Origin: Eledone cirrhosa
Taxonomy: Eukaryota
Reading direction: 5' to 3'
DNA: 64,000 nt
Assembly (NCBI GenBank): GCA_964016885.1
Contig: OZ024742.1
Coordinates: 113,770,001 to 113,834,000, forward strand
In this document: piece by piece, positions 15,366 to 29,809 of the stretch
How the letters are laid out: each line of letters opens with the position of its first letter
Numbering within the stretch: position 1 is the first letter of the stretch
Translations under genes and position numbers: made by a program
The notes under the pieces: model-generated
Seen by the model: only the letters and a program-made list of their open reading frames with translations
Told to the model about the DNA's origin: nothing
Databases searched by the model: none

Positions 15366-16348
15366 TCGAAATATAATAAATGAATGTAACAGATAAAATC
15401 CATGAGGCTGAACATTATAGACCCGAGGACGACCGCCCATCTACTATCTTCCACTTTAGCCGGTCACCCTCAAGTACTGGCTATTCGGTCTACTTAAGGC
15501 TATCTGGTGAGGGGCGAAAGCTTATAATGTGCTACTAACCTCCCGGTCAAAGAGAAAAAAAAAACAGAAAGAAAGCAGAAAAGTCAGCGTTAATGTCAAG
15601 TTACAATCAGGCTAGGAATTGCCGCAAAAAATGTTATTCAAAAGAACCTATATCTTAACAGAGGTATATATTATAACAGAGGTATATATAATTTGTGAAC
15701 AGAAAATAGGAACGTTAATATATATAGGATGAAATTAAAAAAATAAAATTATAATTATAAAATAAAAAAAAATAGAAAATTAAAAATTAAACAGTTTAAA
15801 CACATTTATGTTTCGGGTTGCGAGATTTAGTTAAATAATTTACAGAGAGAGACTTTTATGAAAAAATGTTAAGTGTATTATAGAGATCCTCGTAAGTTTT
15901 CAGGGTGGGATATAGAGTAAAGATTAAGTCCTTGTTTAGCAGTCAAACAGCACGCGACGACTGCAGACTCCGGCCAGACCATCCTAACCACGTGTCAGCC
16001 ATTCTGAGTGAAATTGTCTAGCGAAAGATAAAGAAATCAATTTTTCCGAACATTCGAGGAATGTAACTATTCTAGGCTTCGGGTGGTGTGCTAGTGGGAA
16101 GCCATCCATCGTCGTTAGGTCATCGTTATACCAAACGAGTACTATTAATTTACACAGGAGGGTGATTTGTTTAAGTGCCAGTAGAGGGAAGCATGATACA
16201 GCTAATAGTTATGATTAGGCCTAGAATTTAAAGATAATATATGGCGGTCAAAAACGGCGACACGGCCGGCCCCGGGGCGAAGCAAGGTGCTCCGAGAAAT
16301 TTAATTTACCGAAAGAAGATGAAGTTTATTTATTTATTTATTTATTTT

Positions 16349-16436
<88 letters not shown>

Positions 16437-16437
16437 A

Positions 16438-16527
<90 letters not shown>

Positions 16528-16576
16528 TATATATATATGAAATATAAGAATCAAAGAACTGTTCAAAACATTATTG

Positions 16577-16623
16577 TGCTTACAGCTGTTTCCTCCAAAC
16601 CGAGGTTTGGATTCTTCGGAGCA
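16577..16623 (-). ncRNA. Hammerhead ribozyme (U4C variant), left arm
   Basis: Exact reverse complement of 19041-19087. Confidence 0.75.
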
Positions 16624-19040
16624 ATTTATTAATGCATGGACAGTTATATGACCTCCTTTTCAGCCGAGAGACATACCAATACATATTCAAACATTGATAC
16701 ATATTCAAACATTGTGGGTCAACATTCATTACAGAATTTAGAGTGGCAGTACACACTTCGAGATTACATTTATATTAATAGGTACAATCAAAAATCAAAA
16801 ATATAGGTTAAAATACAACATGAAGATAAGCGGTTATATAGTGCAAATGTTATATGTGTGGCACGCATGTGCGTCTTGTTTATATAGTGTGGCAGAGAGA
16901 TATGTGTGGTAGAGGCACTTAGGTAGGTAAATAAGAGTGTTAGGTTGGTAGATCTGGTGGCAAATTCTTTATATGATTGATATAGTCTGTGTGTGGAGAA
17001 ATATTATAAGCATTAAAGATAGTGCAAGCATTAAAAGTGTTATAAGTAATGGAGATGCACAGCGCAGGGATGTCAAGTATTTCATGTACTTCGGCATTTT
17101 CATGGTCAGGGGAGTGTATTTTTCGATTATATGCCCTTCACATAATCCACGACAATCAAGTTAGAGATCGTAGTCTGGTGTTCTTTAGTTCGATACAGGA
17201 GGTTGTTACGTTTCTAGAAACGCCATTGAATACCGCCCGGAAGTGTGTGTGTGGCTAAGGGGAGTTAATGCATGCGGGGAGGTAACTCTGGGGTTTCTAT
17301 ATCTAGCCATTAAAATGTGTCCCAATATAGACCCTAAATTCCATGGTGATGCGCATATTCCAAGAGAGATTTTTAAAGCATAAAGTGTATTAACTATAGA
17401 GTAGTTTAATTAAGTTATGCTGAAGGTGATCATATTATTATGGTGGATTAACCCATCTTAAGGTGCCACAAATGGAAATTATAGATGATGAGCGAGGATT
17501 CTAAATTAATGATCTCAGTGGTTGTAGTCTGTTCATATGACCAGGCGCGGTGATTGCAGGCTTGATTCAGGACCCAATGATCTCTGGTAAGATCTGGGTC
17601 ATCGCTTGCTACATTTGATGTCGAAAGATAATTATCCCCAGGCCGGTTAAAGGTCAATCCGCAGTCCTCGCGACCCCTCTCTGACCGTCAGATCATCCAT
17701 ATACGTACAACCCGCTCGGCAGTTGGAATGCATTCACTCACTGCGCTCAGCAGTCCGGTCCTACTGGTCAACAGCGCTACTCGATTAAATCATTTTACAT
17801 CCGTCTAAGGAAGGTGTTTCCTCTGCACCACATTATACAACCGATCAATTCATGCTCAAAATACCCTTAGAGCGTTGTAGTGCCGTTCAAGTGGGTGGAT
17901 GTTGTCACACCTGCCGTAGAGGTATAAATGGGTATTCTCCCTGCGAAGGGTTCCAGAGGGATGTCATTGTTTGTGTTATAATGGAACCCTTCGCAGGGAC
18001 TGCGGATTGACCTTTGACCTGCCTGGGGATAATTATCTTTCGACATCAAATGTAGCAAGCGATGACCCAGATCTTACCAGAGATCATTGGGTCCTGAATC
18101 AAGCCTGCAATCACCGCGCCTGGTCATATGAGCAGACTACAACCACTGAGATCATTAATTTAGAATCCTCGCTCATCATCTATAATTTCCATTTGTGGCA
18201 CCTTAAGATGGGTTAATCCACCATAATAATATGATCACCTTCAGCATAACTTAATTAAACTACTCTATAGTTAATACACTTTATGCTTTAAAAATCTCTC
18301 TTGGAAGATGCGCATCACCATGGAATTTAGGGTCTATATTGGGACACATTTTAATGGCTAGATATAGAAACCCCAGAGTTACCTCCCCGCATGCATTAAC
18401 TCCCCTTAGCCACACACACACTTCCGGGCGGTATTCAATGGCGTTTCTAGAAACGTAACAACCTCCTGTATCGAACTAAAGAACACCAGACTACGATCTC
18501 TAACTTGATTGTCGTGGATTATGTGAAGGGCATATAATCGAAAAATACTCTCCCCTGACCATGAAAATGCCGAAGTACATGAAATACTTGACATCCCTGC
18601 GCTGTGCATCTCCATTACTTATAACACTTTTAATGCTTGCACTATCTTTAATGCTTATAATATTTCTCCACACACAGACTATATCAATCATATAAAGAAT
18701 TTGCCACCAGATCTACCAACCTAACACTCTTATTTACCTACCTAAGTGCCTCTACCACACATATCTCTCTGCCACACTATATAAACAAGACGCACATGCG
18801 TGCCACACATATAACATTTGCACTATATAACCGCTTATCTTCATGTTGTATTTTAACCTATATTTTTGATTTTTGATTGTACCTATTAATATAAATGTAA
18901 TCTCGAAGTGTGTACTGCCACTCTAAATTCTGTAATGAATGTTGACCCACAATGTTTGAATATGTATCAATGTTTGAATATGTATTGGTATGTCTCTCGG
19001 CTGAAAAGGAGGTCATATAACTGTCCATGCATTAATAAAT

Positions 19041-19087
19041 TGCTCCGAAGAATCCAAACCTCGGTTTGGAGGAAACAGCTGTAAGCA
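19041..19087 (+). ncRNA. Hammerhead ribozyme (U4C variant), right arm
   Basis: TGCT-CCGAAGA-aTCCAAACC tc GGTTTGGAg-GAAA-CAGCTG-TA-AGCA. Confidence 0.75.
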
Positions 19088-19954
19088 CAATAATGTTTTG
19101 AACAGTTCTTTGATTCTTATATTTCATATAACTGCTCTGTAAATCATCTGATGTTTTTACATTGAGCTACTTAACTTACTGGTAATAAGGTAGTAATACA
19201 ATACTGCCTACCACTATTTAGGGTGTGTGTAAAATACTTACAACTGCTTAAGGTTTTGTATTTACTTAACCATAAATAGTATAACTAATACTATATATAT
19301 ATATCTTTATGTATATATATATGTAAAAATAAATAAATAAATAAATAAACTTCCTCTTCTTTCGGTAAATTAAATTATATATATATAAGCGTGTGTGTGT
19401 GTATGTGTGTAAGTGTGCTTGTTTGTATTTGTTTGTGTGTGTGTGTGTTACTGTGTGCGTACGTAAATGTTTATTTGTGTAACTGCGTGACACTGTACAA
19501 TTGTGTATGATTAAAAATATATTTTTCTCTAAACAAGATATCTGTCATTGTGATGTATTTATGCCGATTTAGATGTGCATATACCTACAACACCCATCCC
19601 TGTCCTAGATATATTGATACTGCCCGTGTCTTTTGTAATTATTTTATATAAACCTTCTGCCAATCAAGAACATTTTCTAATAAGAATAAATTTATTTAGT
19701 GTAATATTGATTACACTAATTAAATATCTTCTCTTACAGAGTATTTATATAATTGCGTATTTCTTGAATTTATATTTTCCCCCAAAATTGCAATCATCAT
19801 ATATCAGAGACAGAGTACATGTGTACTATTCACACTGATATATACATGTATATGTGTATAATCTAGAAAAGTTAGAATAACATATGGAAGTGTCAAATAT
19901 CATCACACAAATATATTTCTTGTTCAACTAATATCAAAACAAATCTATACTCTT

Positions 19955-20120
19955 TTTCTTCTTCTATCTGAGAGGGTCGTTGTGGCAGAGTCCTCAAACA
20001 GTCCTTCCAGTGGGTCCTGTCAGAGGCAACTGTCTCCAACTGATCCGTCTGAATCCCCAATGAAACTAGCCAACCTCATATGTGGTATCCAACCTAGGTT
20101 TCCTGCCGGATTGACACGTA
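19955..20120 (-). mobile_element. LINE (RTE-like) 3' end fragment
   Basis: Minus-strand frame reads LGIQTDQLETVASDRTHWKDCLRTLPQRP (A.DR..W motif of RTE ORF ends), followed by a (GAA)-rich tail. Confidence 0.55.
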
Positions 20121-20559
20121 TACAAAATGTTGAATTCCGCAGTCTTAAATTCCTAAATGTTTGACGGTGCGAGAAGTATCGTGATTTAAATCAATTCGAT
20201 GTTGCACAAACATACGATTTAATAAAAAAAAAACCGCAATCGTCTTTATTTTGTGCAATTACAGTTACGGTTAACTTTTGGTTTAACCTGAATATTATAT
20301 ACACTATTATCGTTATTTAAATGATTTCGATATCTACAATGGTAAATTTGGAACCTAGTTTTATGAGTGGTTGTTTCCATAGCGCTAGTTATATTGCTGG
20401 ATATTAAATTACACTTATTCAGAATTGCTCATAGAGGCAGCATATTTTACCACATAAGCTATTACTGTGAACGAAAATTTGATAGTAATTTTATTTAATA
20501 CTTTATATTTATGTGATTGGGGAACATTAAAACAAAATATTTAGGTATATTCGTAGTGG

Positions 20560-21355
20560 ATTTAACGATGAGGTTCGACTTCAACAGATAGTCTTATTAT
20601 GTAAAGTTGAGGTATTTGTATCTAATGTTTGGCGGTTGGTAGTGATCTTAGGGAACTTACTAAAGCTTATCGCACGAACGCATGTTGAATTTGAAAGTTT
20701 ATATGGATAAGGATTATGCTGTATCATACATTTCCATCAATCGGTATCTAAATTGATATCCTAATTGTTGTTTTTGTTATTAATTATATTTCTATAATTT
20801 TACACACATCTAGTGTCGTTAGTGTATCCTCCATATTCAAACTATCCCTATTTGTTTTAGGTGCAATACCTATTGTGTTAATAGAATAAGTATTAACATT
20901 GGTAAATAGATTTATGTTTGTGATGTTTTGATAAAGTTCGATAACTAGGTCATATTTAGATCTGCCTATTATGCTATTGTGAGTAATTATATTTTAGTAT
21001 ATTATTCTGCGCTTATCTGTATCCATATTTTATTGAGTGTTCTCATTATAACCTGATCTAGTTAACGCTTCGTTGTAATATTATACATGATTGTTAATGG
21101 TAACGCTATTAGAGGTTAGTCTGAAGAATATATATTCTTTTACAATAGATTTTAGAATACATTTGCGGTGATGTGAGAGCTTATTTACATGGAATATATG
21201 TCCATATTGTTTTTGGTAAGGTTTATTTAAGCCGATATTTAGGTCAAAGTTGACATCTAGAAAATTAAATACTTTATTATTTATATATGTCTTAATAGTT
21301 AAGCCATTATGTTTAACAAACCGATGTATGTGATATATTTTTCTTTCTAACATTG
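20560..21355 (-). mobile_element. Degraded PLE fragment (RT thumb/linker)
   Basis: ORF 21081-21353 NNKVFNFLDVNFDLNIGLNKPYQK..LSHH, then YYNEALTRSGY; homologous to the PLEs at 11.2 kb and 36.5 kb. Confidence 0.75.
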
Positions 21356-24085
21356 CAGTTTAACATCAAAAGTGCATCATAAAAATACCTACCTTACCAT
21401 CCTCCGGGGAAACGCCATTCTGTCCGGCGGGGCTCTGGCGAGGCCATCACGGGGGCCCCATTTGCTCACCATACGGAGGGCCTCAGAAATGGAGGCAATG
21501 ACAGTGGCAATTCGACTGACTGATTATTGTAGCATTCATTTGCCGTTGCCATCTTTAATATTGTAGTCTGGATTTCAGCTCTTGTGTGACAGTTATATTA
21601 ATCTGTACTTTCGTCCATTAAGTTTCAAGTTAGCTCCCTTTTATAAATGTATATTTATTTTAAAATAACATCCTTCGTTTAAGGAATGAAAGTCTTTATG
21701 GAGATTGTCTAGTGAGAAAGGGCAAAGCAAATCAGTAACTTGGGAACGAAGCAATAAATCCCATTCTAATTTCAACGATATCAAGGCAATACTTCATGAT
21801 CCAAAGGATATCGTTAATTTCAGTTCTAGTTAGCTTGCCCCTATATTTAATATAATGAAAGATTTCTTTAGAAGTTTATGGGAATCAGAGGAATAATACT
21901 TACTTACGTAACATAGTATGAAGATAATTAAATATATAATTTGTAACTTATTGGCCAATTTATTACTTCATTTTTATTAACGCAAAAGCTCATATATATT
22001 AGAAGAAACATGTAAAATAATTGTTACTGAACGAATTTCATACCTTTGAAATGTGCATAGCATGATAATGTAATAAATCGAATGTGTATACGAGATACCG
22101 TTTATCTCCATCTTTACATATATATCTATATATATTTTATAGATATATATGTGTGTGTGTGTGTGTGAATGTATATACATATATATATATATATATGTGT
22201 GTGTATGTGTGTGTGTGCGTGTGCGTGTGTATGTGTGTGTGTGTGTATATATATATAACATCTACCATATTAAATATAGATGTGCAGTGATTTCCATAGT
22301 GACATTAGTTATGAATTTAGTCATCTAGCTCCAGACCGCTTCTTGTCTGTCTCTTTTATCATACGACAATTAGTTGTGCCATCAAAATTATCGTTGCGGA
22401 AAATGCATATCTCTTACCACATGTTCTATGTGTCATTCCCAAGTGTATCGAACTCAATTTATATGCTGACATGTGCAACACTCATAGGAAAGTTTTCAAT
22501 ATTCGAGAGCATTTGTTCATTTGTTAGTGTGCAAATTTATTCATATAATATGCACCAAGATAAGCGAGGGAAAATATGCACTTGTTGTAAACAATTATAT
22601 ATTATAATGAAGTTGTTTCTCATTCACTTGCACAGACATTCTAAACTCACATTCACTATCTTCCATGTATCGAACCAGTGTGGGTATCGCTTGTTACTTA
22701 TAAAACCAACGTCTATTGTTCACAAAATGTGACAAATAAGAATAGAAAATCAATATATTAGCATATGTACAGCAAGAAAACAATAAGGAAAAACAAATAT
22801 TTGAAACAATCTAATCAATTTCCCTTTCATACTATGTGAAATTACCCTCCTTCTCAATACATACTTTTGAAAATACCTTGTCTAAATAACATAAGCTTGA
22901 TAATGACAGAGAAAATAAAGTGCGTGTCCTAGGAAACTGAGGATTGTCTTTTGGCAGTCATTCTGTTAAACAGAGTGAATTTGAAAATAAGTCATGCTTG
23001 TTGATCATGAGGTTTAGTAAGACATAGGGGAAAGTGAAAGGAAGGGAGTGACCTAATTTGTGTAGATTTCAAGATATACAACTGTGTCTTGAAGCAATAA
23101 TCACTCTCATATGTATGTTCTCAATACAGTAAATTTCGATCATTTATCTGTTACGGTATTACAATCATTGCATGGAAAAATATCTTCTAATAGACTTTAA
23201 ATGAATATTAATCAGTTCTAAGATGGTGCAGCTTCTCATATATAACACTAAATATATCAGTCTACACGTAGTTGAAATAAAATATAAATATTTATAAGTA
23301 ATACTTCAACATACTATATTATAGTGACGCATGCACACTTCAACTATTTCATTCTGTGTCTGTGTGTGTGTGTGTCGTTTTGGAAAAGGGAAGACCGACT
23401 TTAAAACAATTCTTCATGTTGAATTGGTGTTATAAATATATATTCTTTTATAAGTGGGTTTATATTTGTTCAATGCAGTGCTTTTTGTCATTCAACTCTG
23501 AATATTTGATCATTAGAGAAAGGGTTTGGCTGTTCATTTGGGAAATAGCAATGTAACTAGATTCATATTAGTATGACAAACAGAAAGAGTGTGTCTAGAT
23601 CCAATAAATTTGTTCACAAAAAAATAAACATATATCATAGTTATTTTAATTATATTTTAATGTTTAGACTGTGAGTTACCATTGCAAAAGTAACTCTACT
23701 ACTTAGGTTTGGACTGTGAATTCTCTAATTACAGGAACATCTAATTTTCGCTTAAAATACATTAGGCAAAGGAACTCGCAACATCCTGTTTCTATTCAAA
23801 TTGTTAATAGACGTTTTAGCGCCATTTGCTCGTTTTAAAGATTTCCTGAGAACATTAAATGTTACCAAGTGTCAATTTTATATTTAATGATTAATCTAAC
23901 AGCATAAAAAAAAACAATCTCAGTAAGAATAAATTGGCTTTATTTTATTAATTTCATACAAACGTTAATATATATGTATATATTTTTTGAAGACTAAAAA
24001 AAGAAAGCTTGTTTAGGAAACATTCAGATATAAGAACGTAAAGACACAAGTAGACAAAGAAATAATATATGAGAAAAATACATAT

Positions 24086-24185
<100 letters not shown>

Positions 24186-24259
24186 AGGCTGGCAAAGAAA
24201 CGGCTATTAACACAAGTAATGTTGTCTCTGTTCATATTGCAATCAGCATAATATACACA

Positions 24260-24380
<121 letters not shown>

Positions 24381-24385
24381 ATGTG

Positions 24386-24416
<31 letters not shown>

Positions 24417-24612
24417 TTAAAATAACATTAAAGTTTAAGCAAATAATCTTTGCTTATACATATATATATATATATAAATATATTAGAAAGTGAGGTTTTC
24501 TTTTACAAAATGAAAAATAACCGAGGTGTCCTACACGAGTCAAATTATAAGGAAAACAGATGCAATCGAAAATGTAACTGGAGTCTTTCTTTTTTGTTAT
24601 ATATTTATTTGG

Positions 24613-24656
24613 TTCCTTTACCGGTTTCGCAGTCCTTTTGCTTTTCAAAAGTAGAA
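24613..24656 (-). ncRNA. Hammerhead ribozyme with U3-A8 core covariation
   Basis: TTCtaCTT-TTGAAAA-GCA aaaggac TGC-GAAA-CCGG-TA-AAGGAA, near the 3' terminus of the PLE. Confidence 0.65.
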
Positions 24657-26005
24657 TTGAGATGGAGGGTCTGTGGTTTTTCTCACATCTGGTTGGTCTT
24701 TGAATGTTACTTTTGTTTTATATGGAAAAAAAAGTGGCTTGAAATGCCAGGTTTTAGAGAAGTAATTTGGTTGGTTGGTGAATAAGTTCAATAAATTTCG
24801 CGCCAGTTCGCGTTACAAAGTTCTTCAAACAAGGGGGGGGGCTCAGGTTCTTGTCTCATATATGAGTGAAGTTTGGTTGGTTGATGCAGTCACGTGAATA
24901 AGCACATCAGCTTTCGCGCCAGTTTGTTTTTGAATTTCTTTATATTTAAATAAAAGGTGGCTCACGAACGCTTTTATTTATAAATGTAATTTTATTGGTT
25001 ATATATGAAATTATGACTGTCATGTGAACAAGTACATTAAATTTGGCGCCCGTATTTTGGAATTCGTGTTATAGCCATTTAGAGATCGTTGTGCCTAACA
25101 AAAGATAATGGTCAATAAAAAGGGATGAAGAGTGTTGTTCTGAGCATGACTGATGTGCTGAAATCTAATTTGATTGGTTATACATAAAATTATGACTGTC
25201 ACGTGAACAAGTACATTAAACATCGCGCCCGTATTTGGGAATTTATTTTGTAGCCTTTTAGAGAATGTTGTGCCAAACAAAAGATTGTGCTCAAGAAAAA
25301 TGGGATGGGGAGAACTTTTCTGGTTCAGTGAATATGGCTTGTGCGCTGGGGTGTCAGAATTCAGACTTTCTTTTGAAATAAAGAAAGTATAGATACGCAT
25401 GTTTATCTGTGTGCTTGTGTGTGTAGGAAGATGATTCTATTAGTAGAAATGGGGGAGGGAGTTGTGTGTGCGTATGGGTGTTATGTGCGTGTGCGTGTAT
25501 GTGTGTGTGGAAATATGGTTTGCATGATAAAATGGAGAGAATATATATAGTTGGTGTGTGTCTATGAGTTAGGTGCGTGTGTATATGTGTGTCGGAGTAT
25601 GGTTAGCATGTAAAGATTGAGAGAATATATATATTTTGTGTGTGTGTGTGTGTGTTGGAAAATGATTTTATCAGTAGAAATGGGGGAGGGAGTTGTGGGT
25701 GCGTATGGGTGTTATGTGTGTGTGTGTATGTGTGTGTGGGAGTATGGTTAGCAGGTTAAGATGGAGAGAATATATATAGTGTGTGTGTGTGTGTGTGTAG
25801 GAACATGATTCTGTGAGTAGAAACGGGGGTGGGAGATATGTGTGTGTGGGGGGAAGGTAGGATTAGCATGTTAAGGTGTTAGAGTATTACCGTATGTTAA
25901 GGGTATTTAGTTCTGGTTTTTATTTTGTAAAGTAGGCGTTATGTGTGTGTGTATGTATGTGTCTGTTTGGATGGTTAGCATGTTATCGTGTTGACATAAT
26001 GTATA

Positions 26006-26353
26006 TTAAACAATATTTAAGGCTGGTCTATATTTTTGAATAAACATATTTTCCTTATTTATTCGTATCTGTTCTGTTGCATTGTTAGCGCAAATATAAA
26101 ATGGGAAGACTTGGAATTTGGTTGTTTTATTACTAGCGCATATGTCTAGATGTACACTTAGTGGTATCTGTCTCAGGGTTGCTTCTCGTAATTGTTGGCG
26201 ATGAACTCGCATTCTGTTTCTGAGTGTGAGTTTAGTTTGCCCTATATAATCTTCATTGCATCCTTTACATTTCATGGCATACAGTAGATTTTTTGATGAG
26301 CAAGTGAAGTGATTTTTTAAGGCAAAATTGTGTCCTGATTGAAATGTATACAT
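26006..26353 (-). pseudogene. PLE GIY-YIG endonuclease domain
   Basis: FTCSSKNLLYAMKCKGCNEDYIGQTKLTLRNRMRVH..H..RINKENMFIQKYRPALN; the upstream RT is broken by stops and frameshifts. Confidence 0.85.
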
Positions 26354-29300
26354 GTTGCCTTCAATGAGGTGAGTGCAGGTTCCTCAATTAGAGCGACCAC
26401 ATTTGTTGACAGTTGGTTGTGGGTTTGTGGTAGGTAATTTGGCATTGGTGAATAATGTTTTTAGTGATTTCGGTTGTCTTTGCTTTTGATTATTTTGTGT
26501 TTCAAGGGCTTTTTTCAATCTTGAGTCTTGTGTCAATAGTGAGATGTTCTTGTGAATAGTGTTGTAAGTTTCTGCATTTCTTGGGTTGTGTTGAGATATA
26601 TGATAGAATATTCGACGTACCTTCAATTTGTTTCTGTTTTCATAATGCATCAATGCCTATTGATTTAGCCCTTTCTATTCCATTATTTATTGGTAATGGT
26701 GGGTACTGTTTTTCGAGGAGAATTTCCTTTAATTCTTGAAGTCATTTATTTCGCGTTTCATAATTGGAGACAATTGTGCAAATTATTCTTGCTAGGTTAA
26801 AAGGGATGTTCGTATTCGTGTGATTTGGATGGTTGGAGGTGAATAGCAGGTATTGTTTGGAATATTATGTTGGTTTGTAGTGTATGTCAGTTTCAATATG
26901 TTTGTCTTTTTTTAAGATTAAGATGTCCAGAAATCGGAGTTGGTCATCGCTGTATTCCATTGTGAATATATATACAAATATATCGTCGTTACCTTTAATT
27001 AGCAAAAGTCTCACTATCTGCTTATGTAAGGAAATATATTGACTAAAATCTGATTACTTTTTAGTGTTATGGTTGATGGTAACTCTTGAGCGCAATGTCA
27101 ATTAGTTAATGGAGTGATTGTGCTTTAATATATTCAATTGGAAACTATTAAGTTATATCTTCCCATTAGGTACACTATGTTACACATGATTTAGAACTAT
27201 AAAACTAAAAATGATAAATGAGCTGTCCCAAAAGAAAGAACATTAAACATTTAAACAAATAGTAATTATGTTTTGATATATTATTTAGTAGGTAGCATTA
27301 TTGAGTACAATCATTTTCACATCATGTACTATGTCCATATGACAACTATTTAGATTTTTAAAACGACCTATTGAAATTTAGGTTTTAATACTCACGCTCA
27401 GATGTGTGATTACGCATAAACTTATGCCTATACATGTGCATATTTGCATAAGTTCAGTTTCGTATTCCAAATTTAGTACATACCATAAATGACGAGAATA
27501 ATCATGTTGATCAGTTTACGTGTTGTTATGAAAGAAATGCAGATATTGACAGACATGTGCTACAATTATAACTAGTATAGTTGAAAGTAAGGTGATGCAT
27601 GTCATATATTTACCGTTTGTTTTTATTTTACTTCTTTATATCCCGGTAACCCTTGCTAGAAGGGAAGTCTCTAGTACATCATTTCAATTAAAAAATTAAT
27701 GAAAATTAGTTGTTAGTTGTTGGAACAATCAAGAAAGTGTTTCAATCTCCGGGGAAACGCACTCTCTATTCTCTAGGCCTGGGCCGTGGGGCGGCCAGCG
27801 CGTGGGACCCCATTTGCTTATAATATCGAGAAATGGCGAGGATGAGAGAGACGGAGCCGATGATAGTGTGGGTTCGGCTCCGCTGTGTTCGGACCGGGTG
27901 TACGTGTATGTGCATGCTAACTGTCTCATCACACAAAGTAACTAATATATTAACTATTTATGATGTTATTTACATATGTGTAATGTTATATATACAGCGA
28001 TAATAACAACAGTAGCAACATCATCAAAAATAACAATACAAATATTTAATAAAAACAATAACAAAATGAAATAACTGCACATTTAATTAATCTGCAAGGT
28101 TTTCAGTATTATAAAAATGAGTACACCTAACGTAATGCCACACAATCTGTGTAGAATTTAGACTTTTGAATTACAAACCATCATATTGGCATACACAGAC
28201 GTACCAGCTGGGCTCTCGAAATGATGGTGTCCACTGAAAACTATTTTGAAGTACACGAGCTATAACTGTTGCCTACATAAAATCAAAGCTGAGATCATGC
28301 CATGGCAAAGTAATCTACACGAACATTTGTCTATACTGTGTCTTATTGTGTTTCGATTTATTATGCCTAAAAGAAAGAACGTGATGACATTTTACATTGG
28401 TTTTCTAGATATTTTTTCAGAGCAATGGTTAAATGAAAACATCAAGAATATAAAGAGTCACATGTCCAGTATGATATATGCTGACATGTTTATAAAAGAG
28501 AAAATTAGACAGGGACAGGCTAGATAAATATGTTTATTAATGCAAATAAAGAATAATATATAGACAATGAAACTTATATGTCTGTCCTATTATTCTGATA
28601 TACATCTCAAAATGGGTAATTACAGACTAGTATAAGAATCCATATATTCAAGGATTAATTATATATACAAGTGGTGTTATCTCTAATCCTATGTTGAAAT
28701 ATCACCGTCTTCATCATCATCCTCAATTTACGTAGACGTTTGGATGTTTCCATAGGTTGAGTGAGTTCTTCTTGTTGTCATAGATTTGAAGGGCGGTTCA
28801 GCGTTTTGAGGTTAACTATAGCGGTTTCTTCACATATCTTATTTTGCTTTGCTACTTAAAATAATATTAGTTGATTAAAATTATCACAACATTTTAAATG
28901 CCCAAAACATGCTTAAACAAGTATATGTTTGTTAAGAAGGGAGCACGCATTTGTGTATGTTTGTTATGCCTTTGGCTGGGTACACATGAAAGAGAATGAA
29001 CGCCTGTAAAAATGTGTGTATGAGAGGAACACTATGCTCGTGAGTGCATGGGTACCTCTGAGAATAATCTCAGTGAGAGGGCGGGGTGGAAAAGCGAGAT
29101 AGAGAGCTGATGTCAATCCAATTATATCTGTCAGAATTCCCATGTATGTGCATGAGAAGTGGCGTATGCCTAGGAATAAGAACACAAATATAGATCATGG
29201 TGGAGGGAAAATAATTGTTCAAGTTTGAGTTTTGATGTTGTTTGAAAATATTTAGGGGGTTACAGAAGAGGACGAGCTCAATGGAAATATCTGAGTAAAT

Positions 29301-29553
29301 ATTTCGTCTTTAAATGAGTTTCTCTTTGAATGTGTGTGCGTGTGAGTATTGGTGTGTGTATGAGGGTGTGTGTGTGTGTGCATATGTGTGTGTGCGACAG
29401 AGAGAGTGCGTGGATGTGTGTGAGTGTGTGTGCGTGTGTGGCCCTTCACACTGTGTTTCTTTTTGATCATTTATTGAATAAGATTTACAAAAGCACAAAT
29501 AACTTGATGGTCATTCATTCTTCACTCTATTTCAGTTCTTTAATATGTATATT

Positions 29554-29745
29554 AGGTGGATTGGCAGTATCGGTTGAGAGTCGGACGCCATGCTTTGCAG
29601 CAAATACTTACAGCCCTTTATGGTCTGAGTTCAAATCCCGCCGAGGTTAACTTTGCGTTTCATTCTTACGGGGGTCGATAACATAAAATACCAGTAATAC
29701 ACTGGGATAATGGCTGGCCTTGGGCCAAAAGTAGAAAGAATTATT
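29554..29745 (+). mobile_element. tRNA-derived SINE
   Basis: A-box tggcagtatcgg, B-box gagttcaaatcc, central gttaactttgcgtttcattctt..gtcgataa domain, tail gtagaaagaattatt; several other copies in the window. Confidence 0.85.
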
Positions 29746-29768
29746 ATATGAAGCACTTAGTCACATAT

Positions 29769-29809
<41 letters not shown>

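Larger units (their letters stand above)
16534..19130. repeat. Near-perfect 2.6-kb fold-back (1.14-kb arms)
   Basis: 16534-17673 is the reverse complement of 17991-19130 with very few mismatches; mirrored ORFs in the track confirm it. Spacer is about 320 bp. Confidence 0.95.
24480..26975 (-). mobile_element. 5'-truncated PLE (Neptune-like C-terminal GIY-YIG) with long 3' region
   Basis: RT thumb FTMEYSDDQLRFLDILI..IHYKPT..SNHP..NIPFNLARII, then the GIY-YIG ORF. The 3' region 24480-25200 is duplicated at 46895-47595. Confidence 0.88.

Noticed and set aside
16241-16278. GC-rich stretch resembling a Helitron 3' hairpin
   Set aside because: No CTRR terminus and no clean hairpin.
16973-18691. 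Mirrored 63-81-aa ORFs as duplicated genes
   Set aside because: A consequence of the inverted repeat; no recognisable domain beyond a possible decayed GIY-YIG tail.
22893-22952. TTGATAA..GAAA..GTC, a possible U3-A8 hammerhead
   Set aside because: Stems I and III barely pair and there is no PLE context; could be chance.
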